This document shows positions 12,349 to 23,260 of a DNA stretch of 64,000 nt, piece by piece. The position numbers and the translations under genes were made by a program. Within the stretch, counting starts at the first letter, position 1. Each line of letters begins with the position of its first letter. Source of the DNA: Nitrospirota bacterium (GTDB taxonomy: Bacteria > Nitrospirota > Nitrospiria > 2-01-FULL-66-17); NCBI GenBank assembly GCA_049325335.1, contig JBMOMC010000045.1, positions 154,898-218,897 of the forward strand. The letters run 5' to 3'. The notes under the pieces were generated by a model that worked only from the letters and a program-made list of their open reading frames with translations, did no database searches and was not told the DNA's origin.

Positions 12349-12440
12349 CCGCCGCGCCATGACGTCGGGAACGCGAATCGCTTGACAAGCCGCCTGGTTT
12401 TCAGCAATATCAGGCCACCGTTGACCCGGATTTTTTGATC

Positions 12441-13406
12441 GTGACGGCCTCTCCACATATTGCATGGCTCTTTCCCGGACAAGGCTCGCAGGCGGTCGGG
12501 ATGGGCCAACTGTTGCACGAGCGCTACGCCGAGGCCCGCGCCGTGTACGCCGAAGCCGCCGACGCGTTGGGATGGGACGTGGCCCGCGTGTCGTTCCAGG
12601 GCCCCGAAGCCGAGTTGAACCGCACAGCCGTTACCCAGCCCGCGTTGCTGACCGCCAGCGTGGCCGCGTGGCGGGTGTTGGCGCGCAAACCCACGACGCC
12701 GTCGTTTGTCGCGGGCCACAGCTTGGGAGAATACACCGCATTGGTGTGCTCGGGCGCCGTGCCCTTTGCGCAGGCGGTCACACTCGTGCACCAGCGGGGC
12801 CGATACATGCAGGAAGCCGTGCCGGAAGGCGAGGGCGCCATGGCCGCGGTCCTGGGATTGGAGCCCGCCGCCGTGGCCGCGGCCTGCCGCGACGCCTCGA
12901 CGGCGGGCGTGGTGGAGCCCGCGAACCTCAACGCGCCCGGCCAAGTCGTGATCGCCGGGGCGCGCGCCGCGGTCGAACGCGCCGGGCAACTGGCGAGCGC
13001 GGCGGGCGCCAAACGGATCGTGCCCTTGCCGGTGAGCGTGCCTTCGCATTGCAGCTTGATGCGGGACGCGGCGAACCGGTTGGAACGCGACTTACGGAGC
13101 GCCACGTGGTCCTCGCCCGCGATTCCGGTGGTGACCAATGTGGACGCCACGCCGCTGACGTCGACCGACGCGATCGTGCCCGCGTTGGTGCGGCAACTCT
13201 CGTCCCCGTTGCTCTGGGAGGATTCGATTCGATTCATGCTCTCGCAAGGCGTGACAACCTTCGTAGAAATCGGGCCCGGGCGCGTGTTGTCCGGATTGAC
13301 CAAAAAAATCGACCGCTCCGCGCGCACGTTGCAAGCCGACGCGCCGGAATCGGTCGAGGCGGTGTGGGCGGCGCTCGACACCCTGACAACGGAGGTGGCG
13401 CCATGA
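12441..13406 (+). CDS. fabD: Malonyl-CoA:ACP transacylase
   Basis: FPGQGSQ, GHSLGEY, VSVPSHC; start approximate. Confidence 0.96.
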   Translation: MTASPHIAWLFPGQGSQAVGMGQLLHERYAEARAVYAEAADALGWDVARVSFQGPEAELNRTAVTQPALLTASVAAWRVLARKPTTPSFVAGHSLGEYTALVCSGAVPFAQAVTLVHQRGRYMQEAVPEGEGAMAAVLGLEPAAVAAACRDASTAGVVEPANLNAPGQVVIAGARAAVERAGQLASAAGAKRIVPLPVSVPSHCSLMRDAANRLERDLRSATWSSPAIPVVTNVDATPLTSTDAIVPALVRQLSSPLLWEDSIRFMLSQGVTTFVEIGPGRVLSGLTKKIDRSARTLQADAPESVEAVWAALDTLTTEVAP

Positions 13407-14176
13407 CCGACGGGACAGCCAACGCCCCCACGTTCGACGCGACCGGGTTGGCCGATCGCGTCGCGGTGGTCACGGGCGCGGCCCAAGGGATCGGATTGTC
13501 CATCGCCCGCCAGTTGGCGGCATGCGGCGCGGTCGTCGTACTCGGCGACGTGGACGGTGACAAGACCCAGGAGGCGGCCAAATCCATCGGCGGTCGCGCA
13601 TTGGGCGTGGCCATGAACGTGACGCGCGGCGCCGAGGTGTCCGCGGCGGTCGAACGCGTCATGGCGGAGTTCGGGCGGCTCGACGTATTGGTCAACAACG
13701 CGGGGATCACGCGCGACGGCCTGCTCATCCGCATGAAAGAGGACGATTGGGACCGCGTGCTCGACGTCAATCTCAAAGGCACGTTTCACTGCACCAAAGC
13801 CGCGATGGGCGTGATGGTCAAGCAGCGACGGGGACGCGTCATCAGCATCGCCTCGATTGTCGGCGTGATGGGCAACGCGGGCCAGGCCAACTACGCGGCG
13901 TCCAAGGCCGCGATCATCGGATTCACCAAGAGCATCGCGCGCGAGTACGCCAATCGCGGCATCACCGCCAACGTGGTGGCGCCGGGCTTCATCAAGACCG
14001 CCATGACCGACCAGCTCCCCGAGGACGTGCAGACGACACTGCGGGACCAAATCCCGCTGGGTCGGCTCGGCACGCCGGAAGACATTGCGCAGGCCGTCGC
14101 GTTTCTGGCGTCGGACGCCGCGGCCTACGTCACGGGGCAGGTGCTGCACGTCAACGGCGGCATGTGGATGGGATAG
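13403..14176 (+). CDS. fabG: 3-oxoacyl-ACP reductase
   Basis: [21 protein letters not shown]; the true start is the ATG overlapping the fabD stop (3' part of the 570-aa ORF). Confidence 0.96.
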   Translation: MTDGTANAPTFDATGLADRVAVVTGAAQGIGLSIARQLAACGAVVVLGDVDGDKTQEAAKSIGGRALGVAMNVTRGAEVSAAVERVMAEFGRLDVLVNNAGITRDGLLIRMKEDDWDRVLDVNLKGTFHCTKAAMGVMVKQRRGRVISIASIVGVMGNAGQANYAASKAAIIGFTKSIAREYANRGITANVVAPGFIKTAMTDQLPEDVQTTLRDQIPLGRLGTPEDIAQAVAFLASDAAAYVTGQVLHVNGGMWMG

Positions 14177-14259
14177 GCGGCCGACCACGGGCAGGATCGC
14201 CCGCGGCTTCACCGGCGTCGTCAGGCACGACACGAAACCAACAGGAGGCCAGAAATCGT

Positions 14260-14490
14260 ATGGGTGCAGAGGATCGCGTCAAAAAAATCATCACGGAGCA
14301 ACTCGGCGTGGACGATGAAGACGTCACGCCCGAGGCCAACTTTGTCGAGGATCTGGGCGCCGACTCGCTCGACACCGTCGAGTTGGTCATGGCGTTCGAG
14401 GAAGAATTCGGCATCGAGATCCCGGACGAAGACGCCGAAAAGATCCTCACGGTGCAGCAGGCCGTCGACTACATCAACGAGAAGTTGTAA
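14260..14490 (+). CDS. acpP: Acyl carrier protein
   Basis: [20 protein letters not shown]. Confidence 0.97.
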   Translation: MGAEDRVKKIITEQLGVDDEDVTPEANFVEDLGADSLDTVELVMAFEEEFGIEIPDEDAEKILTVQQAVDYINEKL

Positions 14491-14496
14491 CCGATT

Positions 14497-15732
14497 GTGA
14501 CCCGCCGCGTCGTCATCACTGGATTGGGGGTCATTACCCCCCTGGGCCTCGACGTCGAAGAGACGTGGACGGCCTTGTGCGCGGGCCGATCCGGCGTGGG
14601 CCGGATCACGCGCTTCGACACCACCGACTTTCCGGTGACCATCGCGGGCGAAGTCAAAGGGTTCGACCCCGCCCGCTATATCGACAAAAAAGAAGTCAAA
14701 AAAATGGACACGTTCATCCACTACGCCATGGCGGCGGGCCAGATGGCCGTTGCCGACGCGGGGCTGCGGGTGGACGCGGTGGGCGAGGAACGCGTGGGCG
14801 TGTACATCGGCTCCGGGATCGGCGGATTGCAGGCCATCGAAGAGTGGCACACGATCCTCCAACAGAAGGGGCCGAAACGAGTCACCCCGTTTTTCATCCC
14901 CATGTCCATCATCAACATGGCTTCCGGACAGTTGGCGATTCTGTTGGGGGCGCGGGGCCCCAATTCCGCGGCGGTTACCGCCTGCGCCACCGGGAACCAC
15001 TGCATCGGCGACGCGTTCCGCTTGATCCAACGGGGCGACGCCGACGTGATGATCGCGGGCGGGACCGAAGCCGCGATCACGCCGCTGGGCGTGGCCGGAT
15101 TCGCCGCGTCACGGGCGCTCTCCTCCCGCAACGACGACCCGCAGCGCGCGTCGCGTCCGTTCGACAAGGACCGCGACGGGTTCGTGATCGGCGAGGGCGC
15201 CGGGATCATGGTCTTGGAGTCGTTGGAGTCGGCCCGCAAACGCGACGCGAAGATTTACGCCGAGATGGTGGGCTACGGCGCGTCGGCCGACGCCTACCAC
15301 ATCACCGCCCCGCCGGAGGACGGCGAAGGCGCGGTGCGCTGCATGCGTGCCGCGCTCGCGGACGCGGGCGTCAAGCCCGAAGAGATCGGCTACGTCAACG
15401 CGCACGCCACGTCCACCATGGCGGACGCGATCGAGACCCGGGCCATCAAAACCGTGTTCGGCGCAACCACTCGGATCCCGATCAGTTCCACCAAATCCAT
15501 GACCGGCCATCTCTTGGGCGCGGCCGGCGGCATCGAGGCCGTCTTCTCCGTGCTCGCGATGCACCGCGAAGTGCTCCCGCCCACCATCAATTTAGACGCG
15601 CCCGACCCGGCGTGTGACCTGGACTACATCCCCAACACCGCGCGCCGCGCGCGTGTGGACGCGGCCATGTCCAATTCGTTCGGCTTCGGGGGCGTGAACG
15701 CGTGTTTAGTTTTCCGCCGCTTTAATCCCTAA
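14497..15732 (+). CDS. fabF: 3-oxoacyl-ACP synthase II
   Basis: [33 protein letters not shown]. Confidence 0.97.
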   Translation: MTRRVVITGLGVITPLGLDVEETWTALCAGRSGVGRITRFDTTDFPVTIAGEVKGFDPARYIDKKEVKKMDTFIHYAMAAGQMAVADAGLRVDAVGEERVGVYIGSGIGGLQAIEEWHTILQQKGPKRVTPFFIPMSIINMASGQLAILLGARGPNSAAVTACATGNHCIGDAFRLIQRGDADVMIAGGTEAAITPLGVAGFAASRALSSRNDDPQRASRPFDKDRDGFVIGEGAGIMVLESLESARKRDAKIYAEMVGYGASADAYHITAPPEDGEGAVRCMRAALADAGVKPEEIGYVNAHATSTMADAIETRAIKTVFGATTRIPISSTKSMTGHLLGAAGGIEAVFSVLAMHREVLPPTINLDAPDPACDLDYIPNTARRARVDAAMSNSFGFGGVNACLVFRRFNP

Positions 15733-15760
15733 CCCGTTTTCCCCGTCCCGGTCGCACCGA

Positions 15761-16468
15761 ATGCCTGACGCCGCGGCCACCGAACGCCTGCTCGACCGAC
15801 TCAACTACCGGTTCCAAACCCCGACGCTGCTCGACGAAGCGCTCACCCACAAATCCTATCTGAACGAAGCGCCCGACCCCTCGTGCCGCGACAACGAGCG
15901 GCTGGAATTTCTGGGCGACGCGGTCCTCGACCTCGTGATCAGCGAATTATTCCTCTCCCGCTTTCCCGAGGCGCCGGAAGGCATGTTGTCGAAGTTGCGG
16001 GCCAAGACCGTCAGCGAGGCCGCGTTGAGCCAGGTCGCCAGGACGCTCGATCTCGGAAGCGCGCTCCGGCTCGGACGCGGCGAGGAGATGACCGGCGGGC
16101 GCGACAAGTCGTCGCTGCTGGCCGACGCGCTGGAAGCCGTCATTGCCGCGGTCTACCTCGACGGCGGCCTCGCGGCCGCGCGCCACATTGTCTTGCCCGC
16201 GTTCGCCGACGTGATCGACAACCTCTCCCACCCTGAGTCGGCCGACCACAAGACCGAACTCCAGGAACTCTGCCAGCGAGACTTCGGCGGCCTCCCCGCG
16301 TACCGCGTCATCAAGGAATCCGGCCCGGACCATCACAAACAATTCGAAGTCGAACTCTCCATCCGCGGCGAGGTCTACGGCCTCGGCACGGGACGCAGCA
16401 AAAAAGAAGCGGAACAGCAGGCGGCACGGAGCGCTCTGGAAAAGCTGAAACACGTGTCAGGCTCCTAA
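15761..16468 (+). CDS. rnc: Ribonuclease III
   Basis: NERLEFLGDAVL signature and C-terminal dsRBD. Confidence 0.97.
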   Translation: MPDAAATERLLDRLNYRFQTPTLLDEALTHKSYLNEAPDPSCRDNERLEFLGDAVLDLVISELFLSRFPEAPEGMLSKLRAKTVSEAALSQVARTLDLGSALRLGRGEEMTGGRDKSSLLADALEAVIAAVYLDGGLAAARHIVLPAFADVIDNLSHPESADHKTELQELCQRDFGGLPAYRVIKESGPDHHKQFEVELSIRGEVYGLGTGRSKKEAEQQAARSALEKLKHVSGS

Positions 16469-16667
16469 AAAACCATTCAAAGGCCACACCGACTTCTTCC
16501 CCTGGCCAAGAGCCCTGAATCCAAGTCCCATCCACGAAACGTTTCTTGACCCCTGAGCCCGCAACGGGCTAAGCTGGGCCTCTACTTTTAAATATGAGGG
16601 GGCTGACGCTGGTCTGCGGTCGCCTGCGTATCACCCATTCCGATTCCGTATTGCTGAGGCCGAATTC

Positions 16668-19064
16668 ATGGGGTTAGGCGAGGCGGATACCCGAGCGAAG
16701 CTGATCGATCCGGCGCTCCATACGCGCGGCTGGACCGAGGACCTGATTCGCCGCGAGGAGACCGCCGGCGCGATCGAGATCATCGACGGCAAGCCGCGTA
16801 AACAATCTAAAGGCCGGGTGGACTATGTGTTGCGGATCAAGGTCAATCCCGATACGCAACCCGTGGCCGTGGCGCTCATCGAAGCCAAGGCCGAAGACAA
16901 ACCTCCCACGCACGGGTTGGAACAAGCGAAGACCTACGCGGCCTGCAAACGTCTTAACGTCCAATTCGTGTTCTCCAGCAACGGCCATCTGTTCGTTGAA
17001 TACGATCGCGCCTCGGGCAAGACCACGGCGCCGCGCCCGCTGGAGAGCTTCCCCAGTCCCGCGGATCTCCGGGCCCGCTACGAAGCCGCCATCGGGTTCA
17101 GCCTCGCGGACGAAGCCGCCAAGCCGTTGCTGGTCCGCTATCCGGGCGGCGAAGCCACGCGCCGATACTATCAAGACGCGGCCATCCGCGCCGTGTTGGA
17201 ACAGATCGCGCGTTGCGAAACGACCGGCAAATCTCCGCGCGCGCTGTTATCGCTGGCCACTGGCTCGGGCAAGACGTTCATTGCCGTCAATCTCCTCAAG
17301 CGCATTGCGGATGCCGGGCAACTCAAGCGGGCGTTGTTCTTGTGCGACCGCGACGAGTTGCGAGGGCAAGGCATCGGTGCGTTTCAAAACGTGTTCGGCA
17401 GCGACGCTGCCGCGGTGTTTCAACAGTCCGACGGCACCAACAACGCCCGCAACGCGCGCATCCATATCGCCACCTACCAGACCCTGGACGTGGACTCCGA
17501 GGACGGCACCGCGAACTTCCTGACCACCCACTACCCGGAGAACTATTTCACCCACATCATCATCGACGAGTGCCATCGCTCGGCCTGGGGCAAATGGTCG
17601 CAAGTGCTCACGCGCAATCCGAAGGCCGTGCAGATCGGTCTCACCGCCACGCCGCGACAACTCAAGATTACCGAAAAGACCAAAGAAGCCCAGGCCGACG
17701 CGCAGATCACGGCCGACAATCTCCAGCACTTCGGCGAGCCGGTCTACGAATACGACATGAGCCAGGGCATCGACGATGGATACCTGGCCGCGTGTGAGAT
17801 CCATCGTTTCGATTTGTTCCATGACAACAAGGAGGCGAATGAACGGGAACGCGGCGTGACTCGGAAAGATTTGGCGGGCAAGACGCTCACCGATGCCATG
17901 ACCGGACATGAGATCACCAGCGATAGCGCGCGGGAGCACTATGATCCGCATTCGCTCGAAGACAAGCTGCTGATGCCTGAGCGGGTCGCGGCCATGACAC
18001 GGGACCTATTCAACCATCTCGTCGCCACAGGTGGGCCGGAACAAAAGACCATCATCTTCTGCCGTCGCGACCGGCACGCGGACGACGTGGCCGCGGCCAT
18101 GAACAACCTGTACGCGGACTGGTGCGCCAAGAACAACAGGCCGCGCCTGGAGTCCTACGCATTCAAGTGCACGGCCTCGGTGGGGGGCGCGGACTACATC
18201 GCGGACCTGCGCGGCGGGTCGCGCCACCATTTCATCGCCACCACGGTGGATCTGTTGACCACGGGCGTGGACGTGCCGGTGGTTCGCAACATCGTGTTCT
18301 TCAAGTACGTGCGCTCGCCCATCGCGTTCTATCAAATGGTGGGTCGCGGCACGCGCCTGGACGCGCCCACCGGCAAGCTCATGTTCCGCGTGTACGACTA
18401 CACCGACGCCACGCGCCTGTTCGGCGAAGACTTCATCACCAAGGCCCGTCCGCCGAGAGAGCGCGGAGTCGGACCGGAACCGCCGCAGCCGCCAGAGCCC
18501 ACGATCCAGGTCGAAGGCTTCGACGTGCGCGTGTCGGACGCGGGCCGCTATATCGTGACGCAGGTGGACGGCCAGGCCATGCCCGTAACTGTGGAAGAGT
18601 ACAAGGCGCGTCTGGCCGCCAAACTGGTGGAAGAAGCGCCCACACTGGAGCAGTTCCGCTCTCGGTGGATCACCCCGGCAGAGCGCAAAGTGTTGCTCGG
18701 CAACCTACCGGACGCGGGCCGCTCGCCGCGCCTGATCCAATCCTTGGAAGATATGACCGACTACGACCTCTACGACGTGCTGGCCGAACTGGGCTACGGC
18801 ATGAACCCGCGCACGCGAACGGAACGTGTAGACGCCTTCGGCTACAAACACGCAGACTGGCTCGCAAACCTCTCCCAGAAAACCGCGGCCACGCTCAAAG
18901 CTCTCGCTGCGCAATTCGGCCGCGCCGGCACAGACGGACTGGAGAACCCGCAGGTCTTTGAAACGCCGGAAGTCGTCAATGCCGGCGGTTTGGCTGCCCT
19001 CAAGACGCTAGGCAAACCCGCCGAAGTGTTGAAAGAAACCAAAGAGCGGATGTTTGCGGCATGA
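16668..19064 (+). CDS. hsdR: Type I restriction enzyme R subunit (short EcoAI/EcoEI-like type)
   Basis: N-terminal VDY...IEAK nuclease motif, ATGSGKT, IIDECHRS, LTATP, QMVGRGTR. Confidence 0.92.
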   Translation: MGLGEADTRAKLIDPALHTRGWTEDLIRREETAGAIEIIDGKPRKQSKGRVDYVLRIKVNPDTQPVAVALIEAKAEDKPPTHGLEQAKTYAACKRLNVQFVFSSNGHLFVEYDRASGKTTAPRPLESFPSPADLRARYEAAIGFSLADEAAKPLLVRYPGGEATRRYYQDAAIRAVLEQIARCETTGKSPRALLSLATGSGKTFIAVNLLKRIADAGQLKRALFLCDRDELRGQGIGAFQNVFGSDAAAVFQQSDGTNNARNARIHIATYQTLDVDSEDGTANFLTTHYPENYFTHIIIDECHRSAWGKWSQVLTRNPKAVQIGLTATPRQLKITEKTKEAQADAQITADNLQHFGEPVYEYDMSQGIDDGYLAACEIHRFDLFHDNKEANERERGVTRKDLAGKTLTDAMTGHEITSDSAREHYDPHSLEDKLLMPERVAAMTRDLFNHLVATGGPEQKTIIFCRRDRHADDVAAAMNNLYADWCAKNNRPRLESYAFKCTASVGGADYIADLRGGSRHHFIATTVDLLTTGVDVPVVRNIVFFKYVRSPIAFYQMVGRGTRLDAPTGKLMFRVYDYTDATRLFGEDFITKARPPRERGVGPEPPQPPEPTIQVEGFDVRVSDAGRYIVTQVDGQAMPVTVEEYKARLAAKLVEEAPTLEQFRSRWITPAERKVLLGNLPDAGRSPRLIQSLEDMTDYDLYDVLAELGYGMNPRTRTERVDAFGYKHADWLANLSQKTAATLKALAAQFGRAGTDGLENPQVFETPEVVNAGGLAALKTLGKPAEVLKETKERMFAA

Positions 19065-20311
19065 CGAATACTGAAGTCGATAGCCCACAAGTGAGGAAGC
19101 GCTTTCCGAGGGGATGGAGGTTGGTGCGCTTGGGGGAAGTATGTCGCGTGGTCAGTGGTTCAACACCAAAGTCCCATGTCAATGAGTTCTGGGACGGCGA
19201 TATCACCTGGATCACGCCTACGGACCTCGGCAGATTGAACGGAAGGCAGATTGCCAGCTCAGCGAGAAGAATCACCCCGTCTGGGCACGAAAGTTGCGGT
19301 GCCGAAGTAGTTCCTCCTGGTTCAGTAGTTCTTTCGAGTCGTGCTCCTATTGGTCATCTTGGGATAGCTATGCTTCCGCTGTGCACCAACCAGGGCTGCA
19401 AGAGCTTTGTTCCTGGAACAGACGTGGATTCACAGTTCATTTATTTCGCACTAAAGAATGCCGTGCCGTTGCTCAAGACGATGGGGAGCGGTTCTACGTT
19501 TGCTGAGGTTTCTAAGTCACAAGTTGAGAGTTTTCAAATCCTACTCCCTGCACTCAATGAGCAGAAGCGGATCGCGGCGATTCTAAATGAGCAGATGGCG
19601 GCGGTGGAGCGGGCGCGGATCGCTGCCAAGGCGCAATTGGAGGCCGCCAAAGCTCTCCCCGCCGCCTACCTCCGGGCCGTCTTCAACAGCACCGAAGCGA
19701 AGCAGTGGCCAATCAAGCCGTTAGGCGAGGTCGGAGAGATCGTGTCCGGTGTAACGCTGGGACGAAAGATACGTGGGGTCGAAACACGCGCTGTGCCGTA
19801 CCTACGCGTTGCCAATGTGAAAGACGGCCATCTTCTCTTATCTGACGTTTATCGGATTGAGGCCACGGAGGCGGAGATTAACAAGCTACGCTTGAAGTTC
19901 GGAGACCTCCTCCTCACTGAAGGCGGTGACCCGGACAAGCTGGGGCGCGGTACGTTTTGGGAAGAACAGATTCCTGAATGCATCCATCAGAATCATATTT
20001 TCCGAGTCAGGTTTGACGCCAATCAGTTTTTCCCTCAGTTTGTGTCTGCCCAAATCGGATCAGCGTATGGTAAGGCGTACTTCTTGGCGCACGCGAAGCA
20101 GACGACCGGAATCGCCACCATCAACCAGAAGGTGTTAGCCGGTTTCCCGTTGATGGCCCCACCACTCGCCGAACAACAACGCATCGCCGCGCGTCTCTCC
20201 GAGCAGATGGCCGATGCCGAGCGAACCCGTCAGGCGCTCGAAGCTCAACTCGCCACGATCAACGCGTTGCCCGCCGCCCTGCTCCGTCGGGCGTTCAACG
20301 GCGAGCTGTGA
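19061..20311 (+). CDS. hsdS: Type I RM specificity subunit
   Basis: Two TRDs with repeated conserved helices (LNEQKRIAAIL / LAEQQRIAARL); ends AFNGEL; TRDs visibly lower in GC. Confidence 0.92.
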   Translation: MTNTEVDSPQVRKRFPRGWRLVRLGEVCRVVSGSTPKSHVNEFWDGDITWITPTDLGRLNGRQIASSARRITPSGHESCGAEVVPPGSVVLSSRAPIGHLGIAMLPLCTNQGCKSFVPGTDVDSQFIYFALKNAVPLLKTMGSGSTFAEVSKSQVESFQILLPALNEQKRIAAILNEQMAAVERARIAAKAQLEAAKALPAAYLRAVFNSTEAKQWPIKPLGEVGEIVSGVTLGRKIRGVETRAVPYLRVANVKDGHLLLSDVYRIEATEAEINKLRLKFGDLLLTEGGDPDKLGRGTFWEEQIPECIHQNHIFRVRFDANQFFPQFVSAQIGSAYGKAYFLAHAKQTTGIATINQKVLAGFPLMAPPLAEQQRIAARLSEQMADAERTRQALEAQLATINALPAALLRRAFNGEL

Positions 20312-20433
20312 GCGTCTGTTTTCAACTTGACGTAGCTGGACTGACGGGGACGTCTGGCGGGTTTGAAAGGGATTTTTCAAAGCCAGCGCACCTTTGAAAG
20401 TATTCGGGGGCTTTTTTACAAAGCATATTCTCC

Positions 20434-20462
20434 TTGACTCACTATTTTCGATTCGCCATACT
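20434..20462 (+). promoter_or_regulatory. Internal promoter for fic-hsdM
   Basis: TTGACT, 17 nt, CATACT; overlapped by inverted repeat ACTATTT...AAATAGT. Confidence 0.6.
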
Positions 20463-20510
20463 TTCGCAAATAGTAGCGTCCGCTATTTTCACTCCCGCTA
20501 ATAAGGACAT

Positions 20511-21677
20511 GTGCTGATGACCACTCCGGCTCAGATGCCCGGGCGACGGCTGCGGTGTCCGGAGGGCTATACCGCCTTTGTGCCGAACCCACTCCCTCCG
20601 GCCCTAGCCTGGACCCCGGAGTTGGTGCGGGCGCTCTCCGACGCGGATCGTTTGATCGGTCGATTGGCGGGCGAAGGGGGCCGGTTGCCCAACCCGCATT
20701 TGCTTATCCGTCCGTTCGTCAGGAGGGAGGCCGTCCTTTCCAGCCGTATCGAAGGCACGCAGGCTACATTGGGCGAGTTGTTGGCCGCGGAGGCCGGCGC
20801 CGTGGTGGATCGCAGCCCGACCGATCTTCGCGAGGTAAGCAATTACGTCACCGCACTGGAGTACGGGGTCAAGCGACTGGCCACGCTTCCGCTGTCGCTT
20901 CGCTTGACCCGTGAAATCCACGAAAAACTTCTGACCGGCGTGCGTGGCGCACATCTGACGCCGGGAGAGTTTCGGCGTTCGCAAAACTGGATCGGCAGGC
21001 CTGGGTCCACATTGGCGGACGCGATCTATATTCCTCCGCCGCCGTCCGAGCTGATGACGTGTCTCGGCGCATGGGAAACATTTCTTCACGATCGGTCGCT
21101 GCCGCCGTTGGTGCAGGTGGCGCTGGCGCACTATCAATTCGAAGCGATTCACCCATTCTTGGACGGGAACGGCCGTGTGGGGCGACTGGTCATCACGCTG
21201 TTCCTCGTCGAACGCGAAGTCCTCCCGACGCCGCTGTTGTATTTGAGCGCGTTTTTTGAGGCCACGCGATCCGACTATTACGGCGGTTTGCGCGGCATCA
21301 GCGAACGGGGGGACTGGTTGCCCTGGCTCGTTTATTTCCTCAACGGTGTAGCGCGCCAGTCTGAGGACGCGTTAGGGCGGGCCGAACGCATCAACGGGCT
21401 GCTGACAAAATGGCGGACAGCGGTGGCCGGCGCTTCTTCGAGAGTACCCATGGCACTGGTCGATCTCCTCGCCGCGAATCCCTACATTACGGTCAACGGC
21501 GCGGCGAAGAAGCTGAAGGTGGCCTTCACCACGGCCCAGCGCGCCGTCAACAGACTGGAGAAGCTGTCGGTCGTGAAAGAAGTCAGCCAGGCTAAACGCG
21601 ATCGCGTGTATTGTGCGACCACTCTATTGAGCATTCTTGAAGAACCGGCCCGGCTCAGCAGCCCGGAGACCGTCTGA
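20511..21677 (+). CDS. Fic-domain protein with N-terminal extension and C-terminal wHTH
   Basis: Canonical HPFLDGNGRVGR; N-terminal SSRIEGT inhibitory-type motif. Confidence 0.92.
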   Translation: MLMTTPAQMPGRRLRCPEGYTAFVPNPLPPALAWTPELVRALSDADRLIGRLAGEGGRLPNPHLLIRPFVRREAVLSSRIEGTQATLGELLAAEAGAVVDRSPTDLREVSNYVTALEYGVKRLATLPLSLRLTREIHEKLLTGVRGAHLTPGEFRRSQNWIGRPGSTLADAIYIPPPPSELMTCLGAWETFLHDRSLPPLVQVALAHYQFEAIHPFLDGNGRVGRLVITLFLVEREVLPTPLLYLSAFFEATRSDYYGGLRGISERGDWLPWLVYFLNGVARQSEDALGRAERINGLLTKWRTAVAGASSRVPMALVDLLAANPYITVNGAAKKLKVAFTTAQRAVNRLEKLSVVKEVSQAKRDRVYCATTLLSILEEPARLSSPETV

Positions 21678-23215
21678 TGCCGCGCGGGGTCGGCAAGACA
21701 TCCGGTAACGGCAAACGCCTCGCCACGCAGCAGTCCGTCAACGGCGCGATCAAGAGTATTTGCGACATCATGCGCCGGTCGAATTGCGCCGGGGCGTTGC
21801 AGTACGTGCCGGAACTGACGTGGATTCTGTTTCTGCGGATTCTGGATGAGCGCGAGATGCACGAGGCTGAAGCGGCCGAGGCCGTGGGCGCGGACTTTCT
21901 GCCGTCGCTCCGTAAACCGTATCGCTGGCAGGACTGGGCGGCGCCCGAGGGGCCAACGCGCAAAGAGCTGCAGGCCGGTGCGATGGGTGCGTTCTTCGGA
22001 TTCGTTAATGGCGAGTTGATTCCCCATCTCAAGAAACTCCGCGAGCGTCCCAACGCCACGCCGCGGCAGAAGGTCTTGAGCGAGATTTTCTCCGGGGTGG
22101 AGCGAACGCGCATCGATACCGAGCGCAATTTGCTCGACGTGCTGGACAAGGTTCACGAGATCAGCGCGGAGACTGTGGACCCCACGCACGTGTTCACGCT
22201 CTCCCAAATCTACGAAGGTTTGCTCCTCAAGATGGGCGAGAAGGGCAATGACGGCGGGCAGTTCTTCACCCCGCGCGAGATCATCCGGGCCATGGTGCGG
22301 GTGATCGATCCCGAGATCGGGGAAACGGTGTACGACCCCGGCTGCGGAACCGGCGGCTTTCTGGCGCAGGCGTTCGAACATATGGCAGGGCCTAAGCACG
22401 CGAACATCAAGTCAGCCGATCAGTTGGAGACGCTCAAGCGGCACACGTTTTACGGCCGCGAGAAAGACAACGCGATCTACCCCATCGGCCTCGCGAACCT
22501 GGTGCTGCACAACATCGACGAGCCGCACATCTGGCACGGGAACGTGCTGACTGGCGCCGAGACCTACGGCGGTTTGTTCACGGGCGCGCCCGCGCTCTAT
22601 GACGTGGTGCTGATGAATCCGCCGTTCGGCGGCAAAGAAGGCAAGGACGCGCAGACGCGCTTTGCCTACAAGACCGGCGCGACCCAGGTGCTGTTTCTCC
22701 AACACGTAATCGACAGCCTCAAGCCGGGCGGCCGCTGCGGGATCGTGCTCGACGAAGGCGTCTTGTTTCGCACCAACGAGACTGCGTTCGTGCAGACCAA
22801 ACGCAAACTGCTGGATGACTGCGACCTGTGGTGCATCGTGAGCCTGCCGGGCGGCGTGTTCACGGCCGCGGGGGCAGGGGTGAAGACGAATCTGTTGTTT
22901 TTCACCAAGGGCAAGCCGACCGAGCAGATCTGGTACTACGATCTCTCCGATATCAAGGTCGGCAAGAAGACCCCGCTTACACTGGAGAAATTTGAGGACT
23001 TCTTCCGCCTGCTGCCGACACGAGGAGACAGCGAGCGCAGTTGGACCGTCTCGCGGAAAGCGATTGAAGAGAAAAATTACGACATCAAGGCCGTGAACCC
23101 CTATGCCAAGAGCACCGAAGATACCCGCACGCCGGAAGAACTGTTGGATGTGATCGACACGAAGGGGCGGGAGGTGACCGCGGCGCTGGCAGCGCTGCGA
23201 GGCCGGCGATCTTGA
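21677..23215 (+). CDS. hsdM: Type I RM N6-adenine methyltransferase
   Basis: GQFFTPR, YDPGCGTGGF, NPPF. Confidence 0.93.
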   Translation: MPRGVGKTSGNGKRLATQQSVNGAIKSICDIMRRSNCAGALQYVPELTWILFLRILDEREMHEAEAAEAVGADFLPSLRKPYRWQDWAAPEGPTRKELQAGAMGAFFGFVNGELIPHLKKLRERPNATPRQKVLSEIFSGVERTRIDTERNLLDVLDKVHEISAETVDPTHVFTLSQIYEGLLLKMGEKGNDGGQFFTPREIIRAMVRVIDPEIGETVYDPGCGTGGFLAQAFEHMAGPKHANIKSADQLETLKRHTFYGREKDNAIYPIGLANLVLHNIDEPHIWHGNVLTGAETYGGLFTGAPALYDVVLMNPPFGGKEGKDAQTRFAYKTGATQVLFLQHVIDSLKPGGRCGIVLDEGVLFRTNETAFVQTKRKLLDDCDLWCIVSLPGGVFTAAGAGVKTNLLFFTKGKPTEQIWYYDLSDIKVGKKTPLTLEKFEDFFRLLPTRGDSERSWTVSRKAIEEKNYDIKAVNPYAKSTEDTRTPEELLDVIDTKGREVTAALAALRGRRS

Positions 23216-23260
23216 GCGCGGGAATGACGACGCGGCAGCTTGGGATGCTCGCGTGATGCG

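Noticed and set aside
12464..14176. Apparent 570-aa FabG fusion
   Set aside because: The N-terminal part is an off-frame read through fabD; fabG starts at 13403 with its own RBS.
19061..20311. Phase-variable (shufflon-type) hsdS
   Set aside because: Single hsdS, no silent TRD copies and no recombinase; the internal similarity is the normal HsdS conserved-region repeat.
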